From an uncultured Bdellovibrionales bacterium (GTDB taxonomy: Bacteria; Patescibacteriota; Minisyncoccia; Moranbacterales; DUUL01), in the NCBI GenBank assembly GCA_964346295.1, contig CAYFUG010000002.1:7355-71354 (forward strand): DNA of 64,000 nucleotides. Reading direction: 5' to 3'. A model generated the notes under the pieces. That model was not told the origin of the DNA, ran no database searches, and worked only from the letters and a program-made list of their open reading frames with translations. Both the position numbers and the translations under genes were made by a program. This document shows positions 18,044-28,200 of the stretch, piece by piece (within the stretch, counting starts at the first letter, position 1; each line of letters opens with the position of its first letter).

Positions 18044-18589
18044 ATGACTTTTGCCGAAGAACTAAAAACTTTACTTCGAAATTACCCCGACCCGACGATC
18101 CGGATAACTTTTGGAGAGCGAATTGAGCAAGGCGCCTTAACTCAAGATGAAAACAAAGAATCTCATTTTTGTATTTATTTTGCTGCCTTTGATCCAGTTG
18201 CCCAAGAATTCTTTTTAGGCCACCATAAAAAAGCAGATAAGTGGCTTTTCAACGGCTGTCACATTAACCGGAACGAAACTATTGAGGAAGCTCTTGATCG
18301 AGAAATCGATGAGGAATGGGGACTCGACCGAAATAAACTGCAGATTATAAACCCTCCCCTTTTCACCACCAAAAAAATCGCTCCCAAGCCGCCTAAGTTT
18401 TTCTGCAAGTTCCACTATGACATCTGGTGTTTTGTGGAGGTCAATAAAAATTCCTTTGAGCCTAATCAGGAAAATTTGGCGACTGAATTTTACGAAACTG
18501 GATGGTTAAACTATTCCCAAGCACTAGAAAAAGTCACCGAACCGGATATCCTCCAGGGAATAGAATTTATCAAAGCAAGTTATTTTTAA
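18044..18589 (+). CDS. NUDIX hydrolase
   Basis: GCHINRNETIEEALDREIDEEWGL fits the Nudix box GX5EX7REUXEEXGU. Confidence 0.8.
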   Translation: MTFAEELKTLLRNYPDPTIRITFGERIEQGALTQDENKESHFCIYFAAFDPVAQEFFLGHHKKADKWLFNGCHINRNETIEEALDREIDEEWGLDRNKLQIINPPLFTTKKIAPKPPKFFCKFHYDIWCFVEVNKNSFEPNQENLATEFYETGWLNYSQALEKVTEPDILQGIEFIKASYF

Positions 18590-18624
18590 AATTTTAATTT
18601 AACCAACTTCAAAGCATTCAATAA

Positions 18625-19146
18625 ATGAAGGATTTAATTTTACTAAAAGGGAAGCCTGGGGTAGGAAAAAGCACAATCGCCTCCCTATTAGCCAAAAAAA
18701 TAAACTGCCCTGTTTTACATAAAGACGACCTTAATGATTTAGTATTTAGTTTTTTCGGAGCTAACAGCAAAACATCGGGGCTTGTCTATGAAATAATAGG
18801 TTATTTTGTAAAAAATTTATCCACTATAGTGGAAAGAAGTATTGTTGTAGATTGCTCTCTCTCTACAAAGAAAAATTACTTGCTTTTTAAGAAGTTGTCC
18901 CACAAAATAAACTTCAAATTAACCGTAATAGAAGTGGTTATGCCAAATAAAAAAGAACTAGAAAAAAGACTAAATCAAAGAGTTGGCCTACCTAAGCATA
19001 GAATAAAATCAATAAAAGATATCGGGAAGCAAGGATTATTCTACGAAGAGTACCCCATTGAGAATCTTATAAAAGTTAAAAATAATAAGGAAATTGCAAG
19101 TACTGTGAATGAGTTACTAGAAAAGCTCTCTTACAAAATAAACTAA
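18625..19146 (+). CDS. P-loop NTPase / small AAA-type kinase; AT-rich compositional outlier
   Basis: LLKGKPGVGKSTIASLL Walker A; by eye around 33% GC versus around 50% in adjacent cysS. Confidence 0.65.
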   Translation: MKDLILLKGKPGVGKSTIASLLAKKINCPVLHKDDLNDLVFSFFGANSKTSGLVYEIIGYFVKNLSTIVERSIVVDCSLSTKKNYLLFKKLSHKINFKLTVIEVVMPNKKELEKRLNQRVGLPKHRIKSIKDIGKQGLFYEEYPIENLIKVKNNKEIASTVNELLEKLSYKIN

Positions 19147-19151
19147 AAACC

Positions 19152-20702
19152 ATGTACCTATACAACACCCTCACCAATAAGAAGGAGAAATTTCAGCCCC
19201 AAGAAAAAGGCAAGGTTAAAATGTACACTTGCGGGCCCACTGTCTACAACTACGCCCACATTGGCAACTTGGCCGCCTACATTTATGCTGACACTCTGAG
19301 GCGGTTTTTGGAGTTCTCTGGTTTCGAAGTGCGCCACATTGTCAACATTACTGATGTTGGCCACCTCAGCGCTGATGATATTAACCAGGCTGACAGTGGC
19401 GAAGACAAGATGCTCAAGGCCGCCCTCCGAGAAAAAAAAACTCCTTGGGAAATCGCTAAATTCTACACCGAGCGCTTTTTTGAAGATCGCGATCGACTCA
19501 ATATCAAAAAAGCCCAGCACTATCCTCGAGCCACCGCTCATGTCAAGCAGATGATTCAGATCACCGAGACACTCCTAGAAAAAAGCCTGGCTTATGAGAA
19601 AAACGGCAATGTCTTTTTTGATGTAGAAAAATTTGACGGCTACGGTAAGCTCTCCGGCAAGAAACTGGAGGAGTTAAAACACGGCGCCCGCCTGGAGGAT
19701 CACCCCGACAAACAGCACAGCTACGATTTTGCTCTCTGGCTCAAGGCTCCCAAGAATCACCTGATGCAGTGGGAAAGCCCCTGGAGCCAGGGTTATCCCG
19801 GTTGGCACATTGAGTGCAGCGCCATGAGCATGGAATACCTGGGTGAAACACTGGACATTCACACCGGCGGCGAAGATCATGTCTTTCCTCATCACGAAAA
19901 TGAGATTGCCCAGAGCGAAGGTTGCACCGGCGCGCCTTTTGCTAATTATTGGTTTCACAACCGCTTCCTGCTAGTAGAAGGCGCCAAAATGAGTAAGTCT
20001 AAGGGCAATTTCTATGTCCTAGCGGATGTTTTAGAACGAGGTTTTGACCCGATGACTTTTCGAATGCTAATCTTGAGCTCCCACTATCGCTCTAATGTTA
20101 ATTTCACTTGGCAAGGAATGGAACAAGCCGCTAGGAACCTCGATAAAATTACTCGTTGGTGGGAAAAAATCTCCCAACTAGCAGGAGAGGAATCTGAAAA
20201 AAGTGATCGACAAATCAGTGGACAAACCATCAAGAAAAATGCTAAAATAGCCACTGAAGCAATGCCCTCGTTGCCCTCACTAAGAGACAAGCAAGACAAA
20301 AAACTAGGAGGTAGAAAAAGCAAATCTGACAACAGCGCCTACCAGGCGGCCGAAGAAAAAATTACCGCCGCCCTGACGGACGACCTCAACACTCCCCTGG
20401 CCCTAAGCGAACTTTACGAGTTAATTAACCAAACCAACCGCCAAGCAGACCAGGGTGAATTGACCTCAGGGGAAGCCCAAAGCCTCCTAAATCTCTGGAA
20501 AAAACTTAATCAGGTTTTTGGCTTGCTCTTGACCGCCCCTGGAAAAGAAATTTCTCAGGAAATTGAAAATTTGGCCCAAAAACGCCAAGCGGCCCGGAAG
20601 CAAAAAGACTTTACTCTATCCGATCAGCTTCGGGACCAAATTGAAGCTCGGGGCTTTCAAGTAGAAGACACTCCGGAAGGGCAGAAAATAAGAAGTAAGT
20701 AG
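19152..20702 (+). CDS. cysS: Cysteinyl-tRNA synthetase
   Basis: MYTCGPTVYNYAHIGN (HIGH) and KMSKSKGN (KMSKS) class I motifs; zinc-binding Cys pattern of CysRS. Confidence 0.95.
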   Translation: MYLYNTLTNKKEKFQPQEKGKVKMYTCGPTVYNYAHIGNLAAYIYADTLRRFLEFSGFEVRHIVNITDVGHLSADDINQADSGEDKMLKAALREKKTPWEIAKFYTERFFEDRDRLNIKKAQHYPRATAHVKQMIQITETLLEKSLAYEKNGNVFFDVEKFDGYGKLSGKKLEELKHGARLEDHPDKQHSYDFALWLKAPKNHLMQWESPWSQGYPGWHIECSAMSMEYLGETLDIHTGGEDHVFPHHENEIAQSEGCTGAPFANYWFHNRFLLVEGAKMSKSKGNFYVLADVLERGFDPMTFRMLILSSHYRSNVNFTWQGMEQAARNLDKITRWWEKISQLAGEESEKSDRQISGQTIKKNAKIATEAMPSLPSLRDKQDKKLGGRKSKSDNSAYQAAEEKITAALTDDLNTPLALSELYELINQTNRQADQGELTSGEAQSLLNLWKKLNQVFGLLLTAPGKEISQEIENLAQKRQAARKQKDFTLSDQLRDQIEARGFQVEDTPEGQKIRSK

Positions 20703-20710
20703 ACAATCCC

Positions 20711-21175
20711 ATGAACGAAAAACTTAGAGATAAGACTATCCTCTCTTCCGGAGAAAGTCACGAAATAAGCCACGAAAGAGCCAGAGGGATGATCTTAGGA
20801 AATATTCTGAGGCCTGACAAAAGAGACAAGGACTCTCTGATCCTTTGGGCATTTAAAGACCCTGTCAAAGAAAGTCTTAACGAAACGGAAAACAAAAAAA
20901 GGGACTTTGTGGAAGCCTTGGATTTAATAAAAAGCAGAAAACACCGAGAGGCTTTAGTGGTGTATCCCGATTTAATTCTGGAACTAATAAGAAGAAGGTT
21001 AGCTACTCTCGAAGAAAGAAAAGAGTCTTCCTTTAAATGCACGGACAAAGAACTTCCCACAGCCCCAACAGGAAAACCTCAGAAATACTCCATTAGAATA
21101 AAGCTTTTAGAAGGAGCCTTTGACTTTCTGGAGAAGCTCCCAAGAAAACAACATACTGCAGACCAAAAACGATAA
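20711..21175 (+). CDS. Hypothetical protein
   Basis: 154-aa ORF starting 9 nt after cysS. Confidence 0.45.
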   Translation: MNEKLRDKTILSSGESHEISHERARGMILGNILRPDKRDKDSLILWAFKDPVKESLNETENKKRDFVEALDLIKSRKHREALVVYPDLILELIRRRLATLEERKESSFKCTDKELPTAPTGKPQKYSIRIKLLEGAFDFLEKLPRKQHTADQKR

Positions 21176-21202
21176 GAATAAGAAATAGAAATTACTTATT
21201 TT

Positions 21203-21526
21203 TCACTTCTTAAGCACCTTCCTAATAATCGCGAGATCCACCATAGAATAAAACGCGCTCAATAAAGAAATAAGGACTGTCAAAAGAAAACCCTCCCTAG
21301 AGAAAGCTTCTTGCCCGGAAATAATCTTCCATCCATCAACCATCATCATAAACAGCAGAAACCCTCCCGGTGCCACCAAAAGAAGCAACACCACTAAGAT
21401 CTTAATGGTCCTTAGAAGCAAGCTTTCTTTAGAATCAGCCTCGCCTAAGCCTCGAAAAAAATCACCCGTTAATTCAATCTGTCGCATCGGATCAAATTGG
21501 TTACCTTGCTGTGCCTGCCCACCCAA
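21203..21526 (-). CDS. Small two-TM membrane protein
   Basis: Two hydrophobic helices (ILVVLLLLVAPGGFLLFMMMV and LLTVLISLLSAFYSMV). Confidence 0.45.
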   Translation of the reverse strand: MGGQAQQGNQFDPMRQIELTGDFFRGLGEADSKESLLLRTIKILVVLLLLVAPGGFLLFMMMVDGWKIISGQEAFSREGFLLTVLISLLSAFYSMVDLAIIRKVLKK

Positions 21527-21666
21527 AATCTTTTCCAGCTTAAGTTGATCCTGGTCTTTTGATGGTGGTTAATTGTCTTTTTTCATAAAATATACTGAGT
21601 GTTTTTTCTAACTAAGTACGGTTATAGTCCTCTAGAAAATTATTTTCAACCCGTAATCATTCTTCC

Positions 21667-22452
21667 TTGAGACTTTTTGTTAAAAAAATTATTTTCTTCT
21701 TAGCGGTCCTTGTTACTAGTTATTTAATGCTCGGGGTGGCTTTATTTTTCTATCAGCGCCAGTTTCTTTACTACCCTACCAATAACAATTTTGAGGAGTG
21801 CCCTCATTTTTCCTCTAGTGAAAAAATCACCTACCAAGACACCAATTTTTACTATCGCGAAAGATCGTCCGAGAGAGTGGCGGTCTTTTACCACGGAAAC
21901 GCTAGCAGCGCTTGCGATATGCACTTCTTGCACCAGTTATTTAGTCCGTCCGGCTATTCTTACCTACTGGTAGAATTTCCCGGTTATGCCCAAACTCCTG
22001 GTAATCCTACCCAAGAAAATCTTTCTCGAACGGTTAAGCAAGTGAATGATTTTATAGAAGAAAAAAATTACTCAGAGGTAGTTTTATTAGGCCAAAGCAT
22101 CGGAACCGGCCTAGCCAGCGAACACTCTCGGATTCGCCCTAGAAGCCGTTTAGCCTTAGTTTCTCCTTTTGAAAAATTTTCATCTTTAATTCAAGAAAAA
22201 ATTAAGATTTATCCTGGCAACTGGCTTCTTCGAGATAAATTCAACAACCTCCCTGGTGCCCAAGCCGCTCAATCAGTGTTAATTATTCATGGCAAAGAAG
22301 ATCAACTGATTCCCCCTCATCACGCTCAAAAGCTTTTTGAGAAAATCAAGAAAGCCCATAAAGAAATCCTTCTGGTAGAAAATTTTCATCATAATGATAT
22401 TTTTCAATCTCCTCAAACCCACTCTAAGTTGCGAGAATTTTTGAGAAAATAA
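21667..22452 (+). CDS. Alpha/beta-fold hydrolase with N-terminal TM anchor
   Basis: LLGQSIGTGLA GxSxG nucleophile elbow; HGKEDQLIP and conserved His near the C-terminus. Confidence 0.7.
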   Translation: MRLFVKKIIFFLAVLVTSYLMLGVALFFYQRQFLYYPTNNNFEECPHFSSSEKITYQDTNFYYRERSSERVAVFYHGNASSACDMHFLHQLFSPSGYSYLLVEFPGYAQTPGNPTQENLSRTVKQVNDFIEEKNYSEVVLLGQSIGTGLASEHSRIRPRSRLALVSPFEKFSSLIQEKIKIYPGNWLLRDKFNNLPGAQAAQSVLIIHGKEDQLIPPHHAQKLFEKIKKAHKEILLVENFHHNDIFQSPQTHSKLREFLRK

Positions 22453-22492
22453 TCCTGCAATGAAAATTCAAAAACCTAAAGAGAGAAAATCT

Positions 22493-23377
22493 TTATTCGG
22501 CACAATCAATCTCCTGTCCATCCTGATTCCAGCAGTGCCTAAGATAAGGCTCGCTGTCGCCTGGCAAACGAACTATTTCCTCTGCCAAATTTCCGTTCTC
22601 ATGCCACTTCCAGAAGGTAGCCTTTACCATCTCATTGTGACTACTAATGAATCTCATCTTTAAATTACCATCCTCACCCCAGTTAAGTAGCTCCCCGTGT
22701 GACTCGCTATTGACCCACTGATCTTCTCCCATTAGGCCTTGATAACCCTTTTCAGGGGAATCATAAAAAGTTAACATCTTACCGTCAATCTTTCCGTTTT
22801 TATAAGGAGTCACAATCTTAGAAATTCCTACCTCCTCCCTGGGTTCATTGTAGTAAATCGTCAAATCTCCGGTCATGCTAGAACGATCAGTTTCACTAAA
22901 TTCCACATCGGCAACCAGATATCCTTCCGGGAATTTAATTGCCATTTTCCCATCTTTCTTGGTAGAAAGGTAGCACATTCCCTCTTCACAGGAGCCTGAT
23001 GAAGGAACAGAAAGATCACTTTCTTCTTGACTTAAAAGTTGGCTGAGAGTCGCCAGCTTATTTTTAAGGGCTAACTCTACTCCCTCTACAAGACGAAATT
23101 TTTCTCCCTCAATCATCAAATCACCGGAAGAAACTTCTTCTACAAAAACAAACTTCCCGTCTTCTACTTTAACACTAGAGTTATCCACCCTGACTCCCGG
23201 CTCAGCTTCAGCCGGATCAAATGAATCTTCTAACTCTAAAGGATCCTTACTAAAAGCTGCCTCCTGAATTCCAACTTCCGACAAAATTGAATCTGTCTCT
23301 TTGCTAGAATTATTCCAACAAGCACTAAAAGTAAGTACTGTCGCCAAAATTAATCCCGTTGAAATTTTTGTTTTCAT
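22493..23377 (-). CDS. Putative lipoprotein
   Basis: Signal peptide with lipobox LTFSAC. Confidence 0.55.
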   Translation of the reverse strand: MKTKISTGLILATVLTFSACWNNSSKETDSILSEVGIQEAAFSKDPLELEDSFDPAEAEPGVRVDNSSVKVEDGKFVFVEEVSSGDLMIEGEKFRLVEGVELALKNKLATLSQLLSQEESDLSVPSSGSCEEGMCYLSTKKDGKMAIKFPEGYLVADVEFSETDRSSMTGDLTIYYNEPREEVGISKIVTPYKNGKIDGKMLTFYDSPEKGYQGLMGEDQWVNSESHGELLNWGEDGNLKMRFISSHNEMVKATFWKWHENGNLAEEIVRLPGDSEPYLRHCWNQDGQEIDCAE

Positions 23378-23428
23378 TTATTATTTTTTAATCGAGTTAT
23401 TTCCTTAGCAACCCTGCAAACATTCTCG

Positions 23429-23456
23429 GTTTTTCAAATTTTGAAAATTTGAAAGG
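23429..23456. repeat. Short palindromic motif (ttcaaattttgaaaatttgaaagg) immediately 3' of a stop codon; compact relative of the repeat family arms
   Basis: Same ttttcaaaatttgaaa palindrome as at 46935-46962, 47796-47830 and 26270-26289. Confidence 0.5.
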
Positions 23457-23463
23457 CTCCTCC

Positions 23464-24606
23464 CTAGCGGGGTCCGAATCCGCATTTCACCTTTAAAATC
23501 TCCCGATTATCCTGGTCAATGATGCACATTACACCTCTATATTTTTCCAGAGAAGTAGAGGCATAGCCCACTTCTCGACTACCAGCTGGAGCCACAAAAT
23601 CCAAGCCTAACGACCCCTTCTGATTCCAGTTTAGCTCCTCTTCGAAAAATTCCTCAGTTTTCTTGATTGTTTCTCGAGAAACATCCTTGGTGGTCACGCT
23701 CATTCCCTTATTGAGCAATAAATTAGCTTGTTCACTGGTCCAAAGTAAATCATTTTCTACCCCTACTTTTCCCACCTCAAATCCGGCTCGAGAATAATTC
23801 TCTAGCTCAATAAATAAATTGATGATTTGATGTCCCCCTCCTTGGGGTTCAGAGTCTTTTACTGTCTGAGGATTCTCTTCTGGAACCTTCTCCTCGCTTG
23901 TCATTATTCCCTTTCCCTCCTCGATTCTCCCCTGATCAGCACTTTTCTCTTCCTGAGGACTAGATATCGCCAATAAATAAAAAGATAAAAAAGTTATCAA
24001 ACCGCCAATAATTACTGCTCTTGCCAACTCAAAAATACCTAGCTGAATCTTTCTACGCAATAGAAAAAGATAAGTTCCCCATAACAATACCACTAACAAG
24101 AACCAATTTACCGAACGAGAAAGCAAAAAAACTCCCATCATCATTACTCCCGCAATAACAGCTACCCGAAAAAAACGTCGGGCCTGATCATCAAGTCTTT
24201 CTTCTGGACTTTCTTCCAAGAGAGATTGGCCAACACCACTTAAATCATCTCCCTCGGATGCTCCCCAAAAATTACTCCCCTGGGCAACGGAATCTTTTTT
24301 CTCAAATTTTTCTTCTTCTTTTTTTAGGTCTTCCTTGGATTTCTCAAGAGCCCCTTCTAAGGTCTCCTTCTCCTTTAAATTCTCTTTGGAAGAACCTTTT
24401 AAACTCTCCTTCGAGACCTCTATTTTTGCCATTTCTTGATTTTCCTTCTCAGAAGAAGATTTTTGTCCTGATTGAAGATCTGATTCCCTTTCAAGGTCAA
24501 GTTCTTCTTCTTTATTAAAAGCATCTTCAGTGCCCCTCTGCTTCCATTTATCCCTCAAAGAGGACTTGACCTTAGTCAATTTACTAAGCCAACCCTTTAA
24601 TTTCAT
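23464..24606 (-). CDS. Hypothetical membrane protein with K/E-rich N-terminal region
   Basis: 380-aa ORF; two central TM helices. Confidence 0.5.
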   Translation of the reverse strand: MKLKGWLSKLTKVKSSLRDKWKQRGTEDAFNKEEELDLERESDLQSGQKSSSEKENQEMAKIEVSKESLKGSSKENLKEKETLEGALEKSKEDLKKEEEKFEKKDSVAQGSNFWGASEGDDLSGVGQSLLEESPEERLDDQARRFFRVAVIAGVMMMGVFLLSRSVNWFLLVVLLWGTYLFLLRRKIQLGIFELARAVIIGGLITFLSFYLLAISSPQEEKSADQGRIEEGKGIMTSEEKVPEENPQTVKDSEPQGGGHQIINLFIELENYSRAGFEVGKVGVENDLLWTSEQANLLLNKGMSVTTKDVSRETIKKTEEFFEEELNWNQKGSLGLDFVAPAGSREVGYASTSLEKYRGVMCIIDQDNREILKVKCGFGPR

Positions 24607-24700
24607 TTTGCTTTTAGTTAAAAATTAGTTAAAGTCATTATACTACAATAAGCAATTTTCCCCAAAATCATGAATCGACTAAACTAGAAAACACCTAACA

Positions 24701-25936
24701 ATGAGTTCACTCCAAGACCGAAAAGATCTGGAACCAAGAACCCAGAAACCTAACCAGCCCATTTTGGCTCTTGCCCCCATGGCCGGCTTCACTGACCTCC
24801 CTTTTCGCCTCCTTTGCAAACAACATGGAGCTGATTTGCTGTTCTCTGAGATGATTAGCGCCACTGGACTTTTTCACGAAAAACGAGATAAATCCCTCCA
24901 ACTAGCCCAATCCTGCCCAGAAGACTCTCCGATGTTTTTGCAGCTTTTCGGTTCCGACCCTCAGCATTTCGCCTTCGCCACCCGATTAATCAATCAACTC
25001 CCAGTCAGAGCCAATCCATCTTATTCCAGAAATGATCCTAACAAGAAATCTGAGGAGTTTGTTTTTAAAAAATTTCTAGGAGAATTCGAGCATCGAAGCG
25101 AGATGTACTTAAGGTACGACGAACGAGACGCGGAGAATTCAACAACCAAATTTGAGGAAAACAAACTTCTCAGGCCAGAAGGAATTGACCTAAACCTTGG
25201 CTGCCCCGTCAAAAAAGTCCTTCGCCAAGAGGCCGGCTGTGCTCTAATGGAGAAGCCGCACCTGGTGCGAGAAATTCTCAAGAATATTTTAGGCAACACT
25301 ACTCTCCCGGTTTCTATCAAAATCCGGTCCCGAGGCAAGAGCCTAGACGCCCTCAAGTTTCTAAATGCTCTAGCTGATTTGGACTGGCAATTAGTTACCG
25401 TCCACGCTCGTTCTTTGAATCAAGGTTTTTCCGGCGATCCAGATTGGGCTTTAGTGAAAGAAATCAAGAGAAACTTTCCCCACAAAACCGTTCTGGCCAA
25501 CGGCGGAATTACTGATCTTGCTACCGCCCAAAAAGCCCTAGAAGAAAGTCGAGCTGATGGCTTGGCGCTAGCCCGAGGCGTCCTCGGTAACCCTTGGTTA
25601 TTCAATAAGATCAAGACCAATAGTCGCCCCCTTTCGAAAGGGGAACCAGAAGATTGGCAGTTATCTGAAGCAGAAATATTGGCTACTCCCAGAAAAAAAA
25701 ATGAGGCGCTCGAAAAGCAAATCCCCCTTAGCCGAGTTAGAGCCACCGCCCTCCAGCACGCCAGATTATTTCAACAAATTTTTCCAACAAACGACTTAAA
25801 GCCCCTCCGATCTCATCTTATTTGGTACTTCAAAAATTTTTCTGGAAGCAAAAAAACTCGCTCCCAACTCACTGGAGTGAAAACCTTAGAAGAACTAGAA
25901 AAGATTTTGCAACAAACAATCAGTTCCTCCCTCTAG
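24701..25936 (+). CDS. tRNA-dihydrouridine synthase (Dus family) with internal insertion
   Basis: LALAPMAGFTDLPFRLLCKQHGADLLFSEMISA is the Dus N-terminal signature. Confidence 0.85.
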   Translation: MSSLQDRKDLEPRTQKPNQPILALAPMAGFTDLPFRLLCKQHGADLLFSEMISATGLFHEKRDKSLQLAQSCPEDSPMFLQLFGSDPQHFAFATRLINQLPVRANPSYSRNDPNKKSEEFVFKKFLGEFEHRSEMYLRYDERDAENSTTKFEENKLLRPEGIDLNLGCPVKKVLRQEAGCALMEKPHLVREILKNILGNTTLPVSIKIRSRGKSLDALKFLNALADLDWQLVTVHARSLNQGFSGDPDWALVKEIKRNFPHKTVLANGGITDLATAQKALEESRADGLALARGVLGNPWLFNKIKTNSRPLSKGEPEDWQLSEAEILATPRKKNEALEKQIPLSRVRATALQHARLFQQIFPTNDLKPLRSHLIWYFKNFSGSKKTRSQLTGVKTLEELEKILQQTISSSL

Positions 25937-26044
25937 GAAAAATTTCTACAATATGCTAAAATCTCAGAAAATTAAGCTGCGGAAAATGAAGTCTGAATAA
26001 TAACTTAGGACTTACAATTTTGGATACGATTCTACCGTGTCCCG

Positions 26045-26145
26045 CCTAGGCTTTAGACAGATGGAGGTGCGGCTGAAAATCGAAGCAATCCGCGCTGAAG
26101 AGTGCGACCGAGCGAAAAGCGAGGATTTTTATCAAAATTTGGAAT
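26045..26145 (+). repeat. Intergenic structured repeat, copy B0 (tandem partner of copy B)
   Basis: cctaggctttagacag ... gcgaggatttttatcaaaatttggaat resemble the family 5' and 3' arms. Confidence 0.45.
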
Positions 26146-26174
26146 ATAAACAATATCTAATCAACAACACAAAA

Positions 26175-26289
26175 CTTTTAAGTTTTAGGAAAGCTCTAGA
26201 CGAAGTCGAGGTTTTGAATAAGGCGCACTGAAATGTACGGCGATCTCAAAACGCAGGCAACAATAACGAGATTTTCAAAATTTGAAAGC
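26175..26289 (+). repeat. Intergenic structured repeat, copy B (about 115 nt)
   Basis: cttttaagttttaggaaagctctagacgaagtcgag ... gtacggcgatctcaaaacgcaggcaacaataacgagattttcaaaatttgaaagc. The ORF track translates it as MYGDLKTQATITRFSKFESF. Confidence 0.8.
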
Positions 26290-26301
26290 TTTGACTCTAC
26301 C

Positions 26302-27426
26302 ATGAAACATCATTTCAATAACACCTTCCTCTTCCTTCTTCTCACCCTGGCTGGGATAGGGGCCTACTTTGTCCTCCAACCTTACCTGGTAGCTTTTTTG
26401 GTAGCCTTTGTGGTTTCTCAACTTTTTGACAACTGGTATCAAAAAACTCTCAAGATGATGGGTAAAAAGAAAAAGTCTCTGGCCTCCCTGACAATCTCTC
26501 TTTTGATTTTTCTTTTGATTTTTCTACCAGTTACCCTAATCACTGTTATGGGAGTAAACGAGGCTCGCAATGTGAGCCACTTGGTTCAAGAAAATAATAT
26601 CCTAGAAAAAACCACTCTTTCCATTCAAGAATTATTAAGCGATTTTGGAATCGATATATCTCAAGACAGACTCCAATCCACCCTGGGAGTTGAAAAGATT
26701 TCCCAGGGCTTGCAAAATTTTGGCTCCTTTTTTGTTTCCGTGGCTTCCAAAACCACTCAGGGAATCTTTAGTTTTTTGATGTTTACTTTCGCAGCTTTTT
26801 TCTCTCTTTACTATTTTTTTAAAGATGGCAAAAAATTTACCAATTATGTGATGCGGCTCAGTCCCTTGCGTGACAAGCAAGAAAAGATGCTATTAGATAA
26901 ATTCATTGGCATTTCTCGTGCTACCTTGAAGGGCTCCCTGGTTATCGCCGTCGTTCAAGCAACCCTTACCGGAATCGTCTTTCTGATCACTGGAACCCCC
27001 TCGGTTATTCTCTTGAGTTTGTTAACTCTTTTATTTTCTCTGATTCCTCTTCTGGGAAGTTTCGTAGTGTGGGCTCCCGTGGGTATTATTACCTTAGCTT
27101 ATGGAAATATCTGGCAAGGAATTTTGATCTTAGCCTTTGGTGCGATTGTAGTGGGAACGGTTGATAACCTACTTCGCCCCATTTTAGTAGGCAACGACGC
27201 CCAACTGCATCCCTTATTGGTCTTATTTTCTACTTTAGGAGGAATCGCTTTTTTCGGCATGGCGGGGTTTCTTTTGGGTCCCGTCTTGATCGTTTTGCTT
27301 CTTACTCTTCTAGACATCTATCACATTGAGTTCAAAGATGATCTAGATGAAATGAACTACTCTCAAAAAATTAAATTGGAAACCCGAAGAAGTATCAAAA
27401 AGGCCCAATCTTGGATAAAAAGCTAG
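26302..27426 (+). CDS. AI-2E family transporter (PerM/UPF0118); start moved to MKHHFNN
   Basis: Eight TM helices and a conserved GIAFFGMAGFLLGPVLIVLL C-terminal block. The 5' 69 nt of the track ORF are the repeat element. Confidence 0.8.
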   Translation: MKHHFNNTFLFLLLTLAGIGAYFVLQPYLVAFLVAFVVSQLFDNWYQKTLKMMGKKKKSLASLTISLLIFLLIFLPVTLITVMGVNEARNVSHLVQENNILEKTTLSIQELLSDFGIDISQDRLQSTLGVEKISQGLQNFGSFFVSVASKTTQGIFSFLMFTFAAFFSLYYFFKDGKKFTNYVMRLSPLRDKQEKMLLDKFIGISRATLKGSLVIAVVQATLTGIVFLITGTPSVILLSLLTLLFSLIPLLGSFVVWAPVGIITLAYGNIWQGILILAFGAIVVGTVDNLLRPILVGNDAQLHPLLVLFSTLGGIAFFGMAGFLLGPVLIVLLLTLLDIYHIEFKDDLDEMNYSQKIKLETRRSIKKAQSWIKS

Positions 27427-27463
27427 CTTTTAAAACTTAAACTAACCTTCTTGATTAGATTAA

Positions 27464-28060
27464 ATGGATAACCAGACTTTAATTGAACTCATCTCTACCT
27501 GGGGATACCCCATTTTACTAATCTTGGTAATCCTAGAGGGTCCTCTCTCCACTTTAAGTGGAGCTTTTTTAGCTTCCATAGGGGTTCTCTCCTGGCCTCT
27601 AGTCTTAACGACAAGCATTCTGGGAGATATTATTGGTGACACCATTCTTTATTCCATCGGAAGAGCTGGTGGGCCAAAGATGGTAACTCGCACTTCTCAA
27701 CTACTTCGAGTTAAAAAAAAGGATCTTAATAAGCTTCAAGAAAGATTCCGCGATAATGGAGCCAGGATCATTCTTTTTGTCAAAAGTACCACTGGGTTAG
27801 GTTGGATCACATTCATTTTGGCCGGAGCCTCCCGGGTTAAGTTTCGTCTTTTTATTCTTTACGCCTTTCTGGGGGGTATTGTTTGGACTAGCCTCTTAGT
27901 TTTTTTGGGCTATTTTTTTGGAGAACTGGCAGAACAGATCAATCAGTACCTTCGCTATGCTGGGTGGGTAGTTTTCTTTTTAGCTATCTTACTAGTTTTT
28001 ACTGTCAGTTGGATCAGAGGTCGAAAAAATAAAATTGATAATTTTCCAGATAAAAAATAA
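27464..28060 (+). CDS. DedA/VTT-domain membrane protein
   Basis: GYPILLILVILEGPL...G N-terminal DedA signature. Confidence 0.8.
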   Translation: MDNQTLIELISTWGYPILLILVILEGPLSTLSGAFLASIGVLSWPLVLTTSILGDIIGDTILYSIGRAGGPKMVTRTSQLLRVKKKDLNKLQERFRDNGARIILFVKSTTGLGWITFILAGASRVKFRLFILYAFLGGIVWTSLLVFLGYFFGELAEQINQYLRYAGWVVFFLAILLVFTVSWIRGRKNKIDNFPDKK

Positions 28061-28200
28061 CCCCTTCCCAACGATGATAGCCAATACTGCTAACCCCAAT
28101 AAAACCCAGTTCCAGAACATAAGCTTTACTCCTTTTTAGTTTTATCAACTTTGAGTAGTTAAGTATAAATCTATCTCCAGCCTTCCCTATTAAGATAAAT

